Positions 46,650 through 57,592 of a stretch of DNA of 64,000 nt are shown here, piece by piece. This DNA is from a virus. Below the pieces are notes generated by a model that searched no databases, was not told the DNA's origin, and worked only from the letters and a program-made list of their open reading frames with translations. Location: the IMG/VR virus record IMGVR_UViG_3300014208_000031, positions 32,001 to 96,000 of that record; one strand, given 5' to 3'. How positions within the stretch are numbered: position 1 is the first letter of the stretch; each line of letters starts with the position of its first letter. The position numbers and the translations under genes are program-made.

Positions 46650-49364
46650 ATGGCTATACATTCCGTCCCACAAATTCAGATCAACGGTTCAAACAAAATT
46701 TTTAACTCTTATCCTTATAGTCTTAGGTATCAAATCAGTTATGGTGAATCTCCATCTACATTACAAATTTCAATGGTTTCGGAGGACGGAAAATATGATA
46801 TTAATGCAGGTACTTTGGTTAATACTTACTGCACCCCATATAATATATCCATAGTAGGTAGTCAAATATCCTTGGACATGTATCTAGAAGATATAAACCT
46901 AAGAGTGTCCCCGGCGGGCAATATATTAGATTTAAGTTTTGTGGATACAAGCGTGATTTTAGATACTATTCATGTGGGATTATATAAACGGCATGGCTTA
47001 ACTTCTACAAATAATCTAATTATAGTAGGTAAGGAGATTAGCCCATGTTCAGATGATCCTTATGGTAATCCTTCTCCTTCTACATTTTTTGATCCATGTC
47101 ATCCATGTTTAACGTCTGAACAGCAGAATACGACAGCTAATCTTATTGACTGTATAGAAAAAGCTAAATATGAGATTCTAGATGTTAAATATAATTTTTC
47201 CGATTTGTTATCGAGTGTGAGAAATAAGATTTCACTTATAAACGCTATTGACCCTAATCCTAAATATTTATCACAGTATACAGGTTCTTTACGAGATGTA
47301 TTAAATTCATGGTGTAGAGATTTTGGATGGTTCTTTTATTGGAATAACGGCTCGGTAGTTTTTAAGGATTTAAGAAATACTATTAATGTAAATTCTGATA
47401 TAGAAAATTTCTGTCCTAATGTTTTAGAATATAATGTTAGTTATTCTATGAAAGAGTCCGTGAAAACTGCGACTATTACTAATTTTAGTAGACCTGGCGA
47501 TCCTGCTAAATTATATACTTGTCAAGAAGCTAGATATTTAGTGGCTAGTTCGCTAACTAGTAGTAACGCTTTTTCTATGCCACTAACTATTAGTCCAGAA
47601 ATAGATAGAGTGGCCGCCGGGCTCTCTTATTATAACGAAGATTTAAGAGATTTATATTACTTTTATACAAAATATCAGATGTATAATGAAGGAAACTTCC
47701 GAATTGGGAAAAGATTGGAAAAGTTAGGCTTAACTATTCTATCTAATGTTATTAAAATGGATTCCGGCGGCTCGAATGCTAAACCACTTGATGATGCTAA
47801 TACTCCTAGCGGAGCAACGGAAGCTTCAGATAGTAAAGTCTCTATTGATCCATTTGCGTCAGAAAATGCAGATTTATTAGAAATGAGTTCATTAACTACT
47901 AAGGCTGAATCTATACGAAATAATTCAGATTTTTATGAATGTGTAAGGATGTTAGATTTTGAAACTCAATGGAAAATTATAGAAAATCCTGGTAATTATT
48001 TCTTTTTTTTCGGAGAGCAAAATGAAAGTTTAAATAAATATTATCTAGATGAAGAAAGAGAATTCGCCGGATTTCTACATAAATATGCTGTTTATGTTCC
48101 AGATTCAAATGATACATTTTTTGAAGAGTATGATTTTCAGCTAACTAATTTATGTGGAGTAAATTACTTTGTAAATACCGGAAATGTTTCCTACAACTTT
48201 TTAGGGGATAATATGGGTAATATAACGTTTTATAATACTTCATCGAAAGGCAATTCTGCCGGAGACGGAACCCAGATTGGTGAATTACCCTTTTCAAAAT
48301 TTCTTTCAGTTATAAGAGATTCTAAAAATAGACAGGGTAGTTCTTCCAGTTATCTCATTCCTTTTAAGCTAATAGTAGCAGAAAGGGGAAGAAATACTTT
48401 CGTTCCAGACGGAGCCACACAATCAACTGGCGGATTTTCATCAATACGAGATTATTATTTATTGGATAAGGTAAAAAAATATTTACCATATAAAATTGCT
48501 AATAAAAATAATATACGTGGAGAATATTTATCTAGAAAGCTAGGCGCAGGTGCCAGTTCGGTTAGTAGCGATGTCTCTTTATTTATTGGGCGAGTTACTT
48601 CGGCGGACGATTTTAGATTGACTGAAATTAACGGATTTAATAATTTAGCTAGTCCGGGAACATTATTTGATGGCAAACCTATAAACCAAGAACAAGACCC
48701 ATCAAATCAAACGACAAAAATAGTTTATCAATACCCAGATTTAAAATGTAAAATAGTAGGTAATAATAGCTTCGGAAGTACCTCTGCTTTACATGCAAAA
48801 AAAATAGTCTTTAGGACTCCACTAACTTCTTTTGAGTATACTGAACCCACGGATTCGTTATTCGGAATTATTATAGAAAAAACTACCAAGAAAAAAAGAA
48901 TTATTAAAAAAGTAGAATCATTTAATTCAACTAATTTATCATCAGGAGCTACTTCTTGTAATTTTGCTAAATTAATAGTAAATAATACAAACATTTCGGA
49001 CGATACATTGCGAGTTTTAAAGAAAAGTAATAGTGTGTGCCAGTTTGATACTAAAACTATTCAAAAAATACATGATGATTTTTCTAACAATTTAGCATTA
49101 AATTATACACAACCAACAATTACTAAATCATTCAAGGTCGCCGGGATTGAATTAAATGGATATTACCCTAGTATAGATAACGGTCTAATTAGTTTACAAA
49201 TTGGACTAGATTCTTCTAATGGAGTTTATGCTGAATATGAATTTGGGACTAGACTAATGAGACTGCCTAATAGTAGTGTTTTAGATTATAATAGTATTAA
49301 TATGTCCTTAACTCACGGAAGTTATACAAATACTGTTAATAACTATCCACTAGTTATGAAATAA
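46650..49364 (+). CDS. Baseplate hub / Tal-like protein
   Basis: 904 aa; PSTL.I..V and Y.GSLRDVL.SWC.DFG..FYW hub-like motif. Confidence 0.5.
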   Translation: MAIHSVPQIQINGSNKIFNSYPYSLRYQISYGESPSTLQISMVSEDGKYDINAGTLVNTYCTPYNISIVGSQISLDMYLEDINLRVSPAGNILDLSFVDTSVILDTIHVGLYKRHGLTSTNNLIIVGKEISPCSDDPYGNPSPSTFFDPCHPCLTSEQQNTTANLIDCIEKAKYEILDVKYNFSDLLSSVRNKISLINAIDPNPKYLSQYTGSLRDVLNSWCRDFGWFFYWNNGSVVFKDLRNTINVNSDIENFCPNVLEYNVSYSMKESVKTATITNFSRPGDPAKLYTCQEARYLVASSLTSSNAFSMPLTISPEIDRVAAGLSYYNEDLRDLYYFYTKYQMYNEGNFRIGKRLEKLGLTILSNVIKMDSGGSNAKPLDDANTPSGATEASDSKVSIDPFASENADLLEMSSLTTKAESIRNNSDFYECVRMLDFETQWKIIENPGNYFFFFGEQNESLNKYYLDEEREFAGFLHKYAVYVPDSNDTFFEEYDFQLTNLCGVNYFVNTGNVSYNFLGDNMGNITFYNTSSKGNSAGDGTQIGELPFSKFLSVIRDSKNRQGSSSSYLIPFKLIVAERGRNTFVPDGATQSTGGFSSIRDYYLLDKVKKYLPYKIANKNNIRGEYLSRKLGAGASSVSSDVSLFIGRVTSADDFRLTEINGFNNLASPGTLFDGKPINQEQDPSNQTTKIVYQYPDLKCKIVGNNSFGSTSALHAKKIVFRTPLTSFEYTEPTDSLFGIIIEKTTKKKRIIKKVESFNSTNLSSGATSCNFAKLIVNNTNISDDTLRVLKKSNSVCQFDTKTIQKIHDDFSNNLALNYTQPTITKSFKVAGIELNGYYPSIDNGLISLQIGLDSSNGVYAEYEFGTRLMRLPNSSVLDYNSINMSLTHGSYTNTVNNYPLVMK

Positions 49365-49379
49365 ATATAGGTATTAAGT

Positions 49380-51275
49380 ATGCTTACAACCTCTGGAATT
49401 AAATTTTCTTTTTTTAATCAAACTGGTAATTTTCAGTTTGAAACTAATTTAAATTTAGACAGTTTATTGAGTTATGCTAATATAGGCATTTCGGGAGTAT
49501 CACAGTCTGGATTAAATGGAGCTACAACTCTGAATTTTTCATATGTAAGCGGTAAAATACTAGATAGTAGTGGAAGATTTGTAGCCAGTTATAAAAATGG
49601 AGATAATACTAAAATAGCCGGTAATGTTATAAATAATAAATATGATATTTTTATCAATGATATTCCAATCTCTTTTGGAAACTATAGAGCTACGGGAACA
49701 TATAATTATTTTTATATTAATCCTACTAATATATCTATTGATTATAGCTTATCAATTAATGGGACAAAGCCATCGATTTCTCTAATAGATATTAATTGTT
49801 TTAGTGGGGACAGGGAGGGGACCGGATATTTAGTAAATAACAATTTACCTGTAATAATTTATTCCGGCGGATTTAGCAATTTTGCTAATATGCCTTTTAC
49901 TATATCTGGAATTCATACGGGAACGTTGTTTCAAACGGGAAATTACTATGTTTTGCCAACTGACGGAGCTTCAGTAGGAAATTATACTGGTAATTTACAG
50001 TTATTAACTAACGGTGGATTATTAGAATATACTACGGTTATTAACATAACTGGAACACCTATTGTAGAATCTTATTCGTTTAATTTAAATGGAGATAATA
50101 CTATTTATGATGGAATGACTAATTTGTATATGTCAAATGTACAATCAGTCATATCTCCCGTACCGATGTTGGCATCTTTAGAGTATCTTAATGGGAGCGG
50201 AACTTTTTATACAGGTATAGATGTATTGACCGGCTGGGCGGGAAACATAACGGGCGCAGTTACAGGAAGCGGATTAATTATTCAGTGTAAGAGTGAAATT
50301 GGAACGGGGATTGGTGGACAATTAAATAATACGGGTAGCGGATTAGCTACCGGATATATTACGGGAATTTTTACTTATGCAACCGGTAATTTTACTTGGC
50401 CGCTGCCAGTAATTGTAACTGGATATGGAACTGGATTTAATTATTCTGGCATAGGAACTGGAACTTATAACGCTCAAATAACAGGAACTATATTAACTGG
50501 AAGCGGTCTTTATTATCTAAATAATACTTTTACAGGAGATTCAACGTCAATTTATAGTATTGGTCATACTGGATTTATTAGAGGGACAGGACAAATATTT
50601 TATAATACTCCATCGAATTTTGATAAATTATATATTTATAATACTAATTTTGCAATAGTCAATAATTTTCATTATACCTCACTATCGACTTTAACCTCCT
50701 ATTTAAATTCTAATACTGGCACTCACTATGTAACAGCTATAGATGATACTGTTAATACGGTTACTTTAAGTGGACTATATAGCCCTAGTCTGAACTCAAC
50801 TAATATTAATATATCTTTAGATGATACGAATTTGGGGGATATGAGTTTATCCGGTCCTAATTTAAGCGGTGGACAACTTATAGGGGTAGGAAGAGACTTA
50901 ATTACAACGGGGCAAATTACCGGATTCATTAATCATACTTTTACTGGAAGCGGCAATTATGTATGCACTGGCGCAGGGTATTTATTTGGAACAGGCGTAA
51001 TTATAGATCATATAAAAACTTTTACTGGAACGTGGAATTTATTAACTGGTGATGTTTTTGCGCCACTAGATTATAGACATAATAGCTATTATAACGCCGA
51101 AAAAGATAAATATTCTAATAATTACCCAGAGTATTTCATGAATTCTACTATGATTACTCAATTACAATATATAAATAGTGTGGATACATTAATAGATACA
51201 GTTAAATTAACTATTTCAGGGTTAAATACTAATAGTGGTATAAGTATATTAGTCACTGGAAATTTTATAAACTAA
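49380..51275 (+). CDS. T/S-G-rich tail fibre or spike-like protein
   Basis: Dense TG/SG beta repeats; tail-tip position. Confidence 0.5.
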   Translation: MLTTSGIKFSFFNQTGNFQFETNLNLDSLLSYANIGISGVSQSGLNGATTLNFSYVSGKILDSSGRFVASYKNGDNTKIAGNVINNKYDIFINDIPISFGNYRATGTYNYFYINPTNISIDYSLSINGTKPSISLIDINCFSGDREGTGYLVNNNLPVIIYSGGFSNFANMPFTISGIHTGTLFQTGNYYVLPTDGASVGNYTGNLQLLTNGGLLEYTTVINITGTPIVESYSFNLNGDNTIYDGMTNLYMSNVQSVISPVPMLASLEYLNGSGTFYTGIDVLTGWAGNITGAVTGSGLIIQCKSEIGTGIGGQLNNTGSGLATGYITGIFTYATGNFTWPLPVIVTGYGTGFNYSGIGTGTYNAQITGTILTGSGLYYLNNTFTGDSTSIYSIGHTGFIRGTGQIFYNTPSNFDKLYIYNTNFAIVNNFHYTSLSTLTSYLNSNTGTHYVTAIDDTVNTVTLSGLYSPSLNSTNINISLDDTNLGDMSLSGPNLSGGQLIGVGRDLITTGQITGFINHTFTGSGNYVCTGAGYLFGTGVIIDHIKTFTGTWNLLTGDVFAPLDYRHNSYYNAEKDKYSNNYPEYFMNSTMITQLQYINSVDTLIDTVKLTISGLNTNSGISILVTGNFIN

Positions 51276-51301
51276 TAATTAAAATATAATAAAAAACTAA
51301 T

Positions 51302-51847
51302 ATGTTTAGAACTTTACCAATTAGAGTTGGCGGCGACCCAATAACTACAGACCACCCATTTAAAGTTTCTACTATTAAAGTGGGAAAAATATGGAAACGA
51401 GGTGTAACCTTTAACTCTAAATTATTTAATTCATTGTCTTATATGGATACTAAAACGATAACTGGTCTACTAACTGAGAGTTCGCCTTCTTCCGATGACG
51501 CGGGATGGGCTACTACTAGAGATGGAGATTCTATTTGGTTAGAATTAGAATTTACTACTGCCGGATGGCCAACTATTAGTACTGCGAAAATTAAATCTAA
51601 AAAAGTAGATAACGATTTTGCGGCAGGAGAGGTTGAACATGATGGTGGCGTTGGGACTCCCAAGGTTTATACGCAAAAAAAAGCAAGAATAGTCTTAGCC
51701 ACTATTGCTATTACCGATGGTGCTATTACGGTAAACCAAATAGTTACATCTAATCTTAGAATGGCTTTGTCTGCTATTGGCGGTAAAGCAAGTGAATCTG
51801 ACACTAATCCTGTTGTTATCGCGGCTAGTTATCCATACGCCGTATAA
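51302..51847 (+). CDS. Tail-tip accessory protein
   Basis: HPFKV start and a.Q.V.SNL.M end; co-transcribed with the tail genes. Confidence 0.45.
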   Translation: MFRTLPIRVGGDPITTDHPFKVSTIKVGKIWKRGVTFNSKLFNSLSYMDTKTITGLLTESSPSSDDAGWATTRDGDSIWLELEFTTAGWPTISTAKIKSKKVDNDFAAGEVEHDGGVGTPKVYTQKKARIVLATIAITDGAITVNQIVTSNLRMALSAIGGKASESDTNPVVIAASYPYAV

Positions 51848-51858
51848 TAAATAATATT

Positions 51859-52593
51859 ATGATTATACAGTCATATAATTTATCATATAATCCAAATAAG
51901 TTTTTTAATAATCCTCCTATTCAATCTACTAATTTTGGTCTTGGAGTTGGTTGGTCATTTGTAGATTTAGATGATCCTATTGCTGCGCAGGCATTATTAG
52001 ACTTTTACGGGTATCCAACGTCGATAACAGATTTTCTTGTTTTTTTTGCGCCGCTTGAAGTCACAATTCCCGAACTAATGACCATGTTTTATCAGATTAA
52101 AAAATTTACAATAACTACATCATTGCCTGCAAAATTCTCATATGATGAGTCTGGCGAAACTACAACTAATACACGAATAGTTCCATTCTATGGAACAGAA
52201 GATTATTTTCCGAGAATTCAAAATATTTATAGATATATTGGAGGAATTGGTGGCAATCCTCTACACCACGCCGAATCACCATTTGGTTATTCAGATAATT
52301 TTATTAATAATACTATTAATTTCTTTATAAGGCCCGAAATATATATTTATAATAAAAAATATTATATACATATGAGCTATCTACAAAATAGTGTAGCTGG
52401 AAGTCCAGCAGAAGAATCATACTCAGTGCAAATATCTACAGATTCACATCACTCTTTTCCATCCCAACAAGGAGTTGGGAGCTTAACTATTTTGGGAAAA
52501 AATATTCCATTATACGCACTTTCAGTACCGGAAGGCGAATCACCACCATCTTGTAACGTAAGTATTGAACCGATAGAATATTGGGTATTATAA
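51859..52593 (+). CDS. Tail-tip accessory protein, possible receptor-binding
   Basis: Last gene of the late operon; ends EYW. Confidence 0.4.
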   Translation: MIIQSYNLSYNPNKFFNNPPIQSTNFGLGVGWSFVDLDDPIAAQALLDFYGYPTSITDFLVFFAPLEVTIPELMTMFYQIKKFTITTSLPAKFSYDESGETTTNTRIVPFYGTEDYFPRIQNIYRYIGGIGGNPLHHAESPFGYSDNFINNTINFFIRPEIYIYNKKYYIHMSYLQNSVAGSPAEESYSVQISTDSHHSFPSQQGVGSLTILGKNIPLYALSVPEGESPPSCNVSIEPIEYWVL

Positions 52594-52616
52594 TTTATCC
52601 CCAATATAAGACCATT

Positions 52617-52657
52617 CAGTAATATGCGATGTTACTGTAGAGCCATTAGAATAATGG
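52617..52657. terminator. Two short hairpins in the convergent gap
   Basis: CAGTAATAT-GCG-ATGTTACTG and CCATTA-GAA-TAATGG; no clear T run. Confidence 0.3.
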
Positions 52658-52672
52658 ACTATACAAGGCTAA

Positions 52673-53548
52673 CTATTTTTCCTTAGATTCTTTTTCTTTA
52701 ATCTGATCCAAAATCTGAACGATTTGCGCGGGTTTAATATCCATTATTGAATTCCAGTTTTCAGCATTTTCGTACTGTTTTTTAATAGACGTTTCTTTAA
52801 GTTTTTCAAAAGAGATGTTTTTCTCGTCCATTTTTTTCTGAAGGCTAGCGTGTGGCCCGGCGGCTGACATTTTAGGGTCTTGAGTTTCTTCATCTTTCAT
52901 GTCCGCGCCCGTTTCTTCTTTAGAACAAATATGAATATTAAGAAAATTACGGATATTTCTCGCTAAGGCTCTATTCTCGGCGGCTGTCGTTAAATACTTG
53001 GAATACCATGAGAAAACATTTTCTCTAGTGGCGTCCGCGCAGGATTCAAAAACCTGATCATTGTGTCGTCCGCCGGACTCATAGTTTCCAATATAAGTAA
53101 TTGAACATGTTTTAGATACTAAATCATAAGAAATATAATCATTTTTAAAAGTAACTGATTTATAGCCGCGAAGTCTTAAAAGCTCTTTAAGCCCGGCCAA
53201 GCCAATTAAAAGATCAACATCCTGAACCTTATCTTCAATAATATTTATTTCATAAAACTTTTTACCATATTTTTTTTCCATTTTATCTTTAGTTTTTTGG
53301 TCCTGTCCATTTAAAAATAAATATTCAGGCTTAATCATCGCGCGCCAGTCAATAAACCCGTCTTCACGGTATTTATATTCGATTCCTTCGATTAAGCCAC
53401 AGTTGTTACGTTTGAGTGGACAAACCGGGTGGACTTCTTCTACGGCTTTATAATCTTCTGAAATTTTATTTACAATATCATCATATCTAACGTCTTTCGT
53501 ATAGGGGTCTGGGGACACATTTTTTAATTCTTCTTTATTTTTTTTCAT
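52673..53548 (-). CDS. Putative ssDNA-annealing protein (Rad52/Sak-like)
   Basis: AGL..L..LRG, ADA and AENRALAR.IR......S.EE motifs. Confidence 0.45.
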   Translation of the reverse strand: MKKNKEELKNVSPDPYTKDVRYDDIVNKISEDYKAVEEVHPVCPLKRNNCGLIEGIEYKYREDGFIDWRAMIKPEYLFLNGQDQKTKDKMEKKYGKKFYEINIIEDKVQDVDLLIGLAGLKELLRLRGYKSVTFKNDYISYDLVSKTCSITYIGNYESGGRHNDQVFESCADATRENVFSWYSKYLTTAAENRALARNIRNFLNIHICSKEETGADMKDEETQDPKMSAAGPHASLQKKMDEKNISFEKLKETSIKKQYENAENWNSIMDIKPAQIVQILDQIKEKESKEK

Positions 53549-53553
53549 ATTAT

Positions 53554-53898
53554 TTATTTATTTTTCTGACTTATATTTAAATCTTCTGGTAGTGGAAGAC
53601 GCGCGAATCCTTCTTTTGCTGGAGCTAAAACATTCAAACTACTAAAATGAATTGGTGAGAAATTCTTATAATCAACTTTTTTATTTTCTAAGTCTATATC
53701 ACATTTATAAAAACTTAACCTCCAGCCGTCTTCATCTAATTTAGAAATATCAACCAACATTTTAATTCCCCAAGCGAATAATTCGGTGTGGTCACGAATT
53801 TCATATTTTTGTGATAAATAATCCATTTCGTCCGCGCGAATATTTAAAACTTTCATGTTTCTAAGTGTTTCGGGAGTGACTTCTTCGTTGTTTTCCAT
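53554..53898 (-). CDS. Hypothetical protein
   Basis: ORF within the - strand operon. Confidence 0.5.
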   Translation of the reverse strand: MENNEEVTPETLRNMKVLNIRADEMDYLSQKYEIRDHTELFAWGIKMLVDISKLDEDGWRLSFYKCDIDLENKKVDYKNFSPIHFSSLNVLAPAKEGFARLPLPEDLNISQKNK

Positions 53899-53907
53899 AA
53901 ATTTAAC

Positions 53908-54174
53908 TTAACAAATTTCACTAAATACAACCTGGCCCGACTCAAATTCATCAATAGTATATCCATTAACACAATTAACCATATTATCTACTTTAGAATT
54001 TTGATAATGTGCGTCCCAAATAAGAGAATTTAACATTCCGTTTTCATCACGTTCTGGGCCGGGCGGAATTTCTTTTTTAGTTTTAATTAGAGCGTTTTTA
54101 GCTTCTTCAAGAGATTCCGCGCAGACAAATGCCTCTTCTCCGTAATCATTGGGATTAAAATGGTATAACTTCAT
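53908..54174 (-). CDS. Hypothetical protein
   Basis: V.AES.EEA motif common in small phage proteins. Confidence 0.55.
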   Translation of the reverse strand: MKLYHFNPNDYGEEAFVCAESLEEAKNALIKTKKEIPPGPERDENGMLNSLIWDAHYQNSKVDNMVNCVNGYTIDEFESGQVVFSEIC

Positions 54175-54176
54175 TT

Positions 54177-54449
54177 TTATTCTTCTTTTTCCTTAAAATC
54201 TGATTCCGTCATTACATCAATATACCCTTGAGTTCTTTTTATAACTTCTTGAATCTGCGCTTTTTCCATTTCTAATTCCCATTCTTTAAATTGTAATTCG
54301 TCAATCTCTTTTAGTTTAGAAAATTCGCACGGCATTGCAAAATAAATATATTCTCCGTTTTCATCTTTGCCCGGATATAAGGTTGTTCCAACTGGGATTT
54401 TGCTCATGTCTATTTTAGACTGGATAAGGTTTTCTGCGTTTATTTTCAT
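54177..54449 (-). CDS. Hypothetical protein
   Basis: ORF preceded by AAAGGATATAA. Confidence 0.5.
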   Translation of the reverse strand: MKINAENLIQSKIDMSKIPVGTTLYPGKDENGEYIYFAMPCEFSKLKEIDELQFKEWELEMEKAQIQEVIKRTQGYIDVMTESDFKEKEE

Positions 54450-54488
54450 GAATAACTTATATCCTTTTCCGCCAGACTATTGATTAAG

Positions 54489-55700
54489 CTAATCTGAATG
54501 AATCCAGAAAAAATCTTGGTTTGAAATCCACTCTTTATTATCCAACTTAACTTTTCCAACAGGATTTTGTGGATCGCAAGGGTTTTGCGCCCGCCATTCT
54601 GAAATATCTGAATACCACTGACCTTTACTTAGGATTAGTTTTGAGCTTTTATAATTACAATTTTTATAATCTTCAACATTTACTGATTCCGCCGGGACAT
54701 TTAAATATTTAACTATTTTATTTTTCAAATCTTCCAAAGTCGGGCGGCCTTGTTGTTGAATTAAAGGTAAATCCATATAGTCGAGAAGCACGTTAGCTTT
54801 TAGCCATTCTCTGTCTTCGTAGCTTATTAAGACTAGTGGAATTCCAAGTTTTATTACTTTTTGGCACCATTCTTTATTATGTTGGTCGTCAATTTGATAA
54901 ATTATACTATTTATGTTTTGTTTTAATTGTTTTAAATATTCTAGGTTTAAAGGACGATCAGTTACAACATTATATTTTCGGGCAGCTAAGTTATTAAAAA
55001 TTAGATTTTCGTCAAAATATAAGTCAGCGCGCATGTTTAATACTTGACCCGGTAAAAAATTAGGATCGTTGATTATAAAATCTGGTATTACCTCGGCGGA
55101 CTGATTTGGATATATTTGTCCAACCAAAACAGTTTTACCTTTAATTTCGTGTTTGATTTCTAAAGTGTCAAGAATCGCGCGGGCTACATCGTAAACACAA
55201 ATCAGATTTATACTCTTGGGATTTTCCCCCGGATTAAAACTGCAATTTCTGCCCCAACGATGACTTTCTATGAATTTTGACCGTGAATTAAAATAGAATG
55301 GAGAATGGACCGATACGCTAGTTGACCCATACAAACTAATTATAGGCACCTCTACGGCGGCGTGACAAGCCCAAGAATCATTACCAACGTGAGCCAAGGC
55401 ATTTCTAAGGATATAAACCGATTGAGCAAAATTTGTTTGATTAACTAAGCCAATCACATTATTTAAGGGCTTTATTTCTCCTTGTCCTAATTGAATTATT
55501 TTGATATTTTCTTTTTCTAAATGAGGGAGTATTAAGTCAATTACGTTTTGCCACAAATCATAATCTTTTGCAGGCTGTCCAGAACTATTTTGAATAGTAA
55601 TATATTTGTCTGCTGGAGTTGGAAAATATTGAGACGGTAAAACAGGCTTGTGTTTAATTTCAACGCTCGATGATAAACTATAAGATTCCAGTAATTTCAT
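54489..55700 (-). CDS. GT9 (heptosyltransferase-like) C-terminal domain protein
   Basis: YITIQ..S...AKDY, IIQLG, L.NQT..Q...IL..A..HVGNDS...HAA..P.ISLYG. Confidence 0.7.
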   Translation of the reverse strand: MKLLESYSLSSSVEIKHKPVLPSQYFPTPADKYITIQNSSGQPAKDYDLWQNVIDLILPHLEKENIKIIQLGQGEIKPLNNVIGLVNQTNFAQSVYILRNALAHVGNDSWACHAAVEVPIISLYGSTSVSVHSPFYFNSRSKFIESHRWGRNCSFNPGENPKSINLICVYDVARAILDTLEIKHEIKGKTVLVGQIYPNQSAEVIPDFIINDPNFLPGQVLNMRADLYFDENLIFNNLAARKYNVVTDRPLNLEYLKQLKQNINSIIYQIDDQHNKEWCQKVIKLGIPLVLISYEDREWLKANVLLDYMDLPLIQQQGRPTLEDLKNKIVKYLNVPAESVNVEDYKNCNYKSSKLILSKGQWYSDISEWRAQNPCDPQNPVGKVKLDNKEWISNQDFFWIHSD

Positions 55701-57592
55701 TAGTATTTATTAGTAAGATAATTTAGAATTTTTTGTGTTGCTATTGGAACCAATATATAAACATTAACGATTCCTTTATCTTGGCCCGCCCCAGTCATAA
55801 TCATTTCATTGTCCATTATTGGAGCATATGGAATTAATTTAATATCATTATTGCCTGAATAAACTTCCCAATACTTTTGCTCTGCGGCTAAATAAATGGC
55901 ATATTCTTCGCGTGGATATTTTTCAATTATACTCGGAACTAAAGAAGTGAAAATTACATGATCGCCATAAGACTGCGGTAAAACTAATAACACTCTTTTG
56001 CGCGGATCATTTTTGTCAAATAAATCTTCTAAGTTTATTTGATTTTGCTGTCCAGATTCAGAATTCTGTTTCCGAGCCGTCTCGATAAAAAAACTATACA
56101 CCTGTTCCCTTGTTCTGCCATGAAGTAAACCTTGAGTCCAATTACTAATTCCTTCTTGGTCGCCATCACAGAGTAACACATTTTTATATAAATCAACCAC
56201 AAACTCTGTGTCACTTAAATTATTTTTTTGAAATGGATAATTTTCGTTTTTTCTTTGTTCTTCATAAGAATAATCCCAATTCACTTCTGGTAAATTATCT
56301 AGTATATTTTCCCAATCTTTAGCTACTTTATTTACGTCAAAATTATCAATAATCCATTGTCGGCTTTTTTTGCCTAATTCTGCACGCTTAGAAACTGGTA
56401 ATTCATATATTTTCTTAATAAATTTCATTATACTCCACGCTGAGGGAGTCATTTTTTCAAACTGTGTTCCAAACTCTATACTTTTAGAAGCGTCAAGGGT
56501 ATAAACAAAATCATTTTTGCAGAAATCATGACCGTAAGAATAATCAATCGTAGCAAGAGGGACAGCGCACGACATTGATTCTACGCCGGGAAGCTCTGTC
56601 GCTCCGCTATTGGCTACCAAAGTAAAACAATCGGCAATTCCATACAATTGATACATTTCATTAGAATCCGCGCCGAACATCACGTTTGGAGTGGTTAATG
56701 ATTTTTCCGCTCCACAACATTTACAATTTTTATCATCGTCATCAATTTTAATTGAAATATTTTTACATTGCTGACATAACCAAGTAAAAAGAATTTTGTG
56801 GTAATCTACATTATATCTTTTGCAAAATCTCTTGTGATCCCATCCTTCTGAAAGGCTGGTATGAAAATATAAATAGGTATTTTTGGCGATTTCTGGACTG
56901 TTTTTTTCTAGTAATCCATAAGCCTCAATAATACTATGGCTTTGTTTTCTTAACTGTGATCTAAAAAAATATGAATCAATAAAAGAATCTTTAGGAACTC
57001 CAAATTTTTCTCTTAGTTCTCGTTTTTCTGTAGATGTTATTGGTTTATATTTTTCTGTATCGACTGGAGGAAAAATTGTTTTGACCGTATGGCCTAATTT
57101 AGCAAATTCTTCCGTAGCAAATGAACTCCAAACATATAGATTTTTTAATTTATCAATATTATCGAGACATGGTTGATATAAAGGAGTACTGTCCAAGGTG
57201 ACCCATGCTATAGAATTTATTTTATTATTGAATTTTTTATTAGCAAGTAAATCGCTTGATCCCCACGGATCATTAACCCATATTAATGTTTTTGGTTTAA
57301 ATTCTCTTACCCATCTGTCCGCTGCGCTATTTGCATAACTTTCTTGCCTAGCTAAAAATTGGTCCTGATTAAGTCTATTTATTTCATTTTGATCGTTAGG
57401 AAGCGCCCCGACACATTGCCACGGAAACTTTTGAAAATCAGGGTGTCCGTCAACCATCCCCTGACAGATGTGCAGGATTTGAAAACGTCCAGTTTTATAT
57501 AATTTACTAAGTAGTTGAAGCGAAACATTTCCGAATCCCGTTTTAGCGGAAGCGCAGTCTGAAATATAAATTAGTTTATGTAAATCTTTCAT
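55700..57592 (-). CDS. GT4-like glycosyltransferase with a DUF4214-like helical domain and a GT9 N-terminal domain
   Basis: SD....TGFG.V, PVDTEKY.P, R.Q.RK, LY..AD......ELP..E.M; FV..LY..VL..D.EG..W; VLLVLPQSYGDH. Confidence 0.75.
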   Translation of the reverse strand: MKDLHKLIYISDCASAKTGFGNVSLQLLSKLYKTGRFQILHICQGMVDGHPDFQKFPWQCVGALPNDQNEINRLNQDQFLARQESYANSAADRWVREFKPKTLIWVNDPWGSSDLLANKKFNNKINSIAWVTLDSTPLYQPCLDNIDKLKNLYVWSSFATEEFAKLGHTVKTIFPPVDTEKYKPITSTEKRELREKFGVPKDSFIDSYFFRSQLRKQSHSIIEAYGLLEKNSPEIAKNTYLYFHTSLSEGWDHKRFCKRYNVDYHKILFTWLCQQCKNISIKIDDDDKNCKCCGAEKSLTTPNVMFGADSNEMYQLYGIADCFTLVANSGATELPGVESMSCAVPLATIDYSYGHDFCKNDFVYTLDASKSIEFGTQFEKMTPSAWSIMKFIKKIYELPVSKRAELGKKSRQWIIDNFDVNKVAKDWENILDNLPEVNWDYSYEEQRKNENYPFQKNNLSDTEFVVDLYKNVLLCDGDQEGISNWTQGLLHGRTREQVYSFFIETARKQNSESGQQNQINLEDLFDKNDPRKRVLLVLPQSYGDHVIFTSLVPSIIEKYPREEYAIYLAAEQKYWEVYSGNNDIKLIPYAPIMDNEMIMTGAGQDKGIVNVYILVPIATQKILNYLTNKY

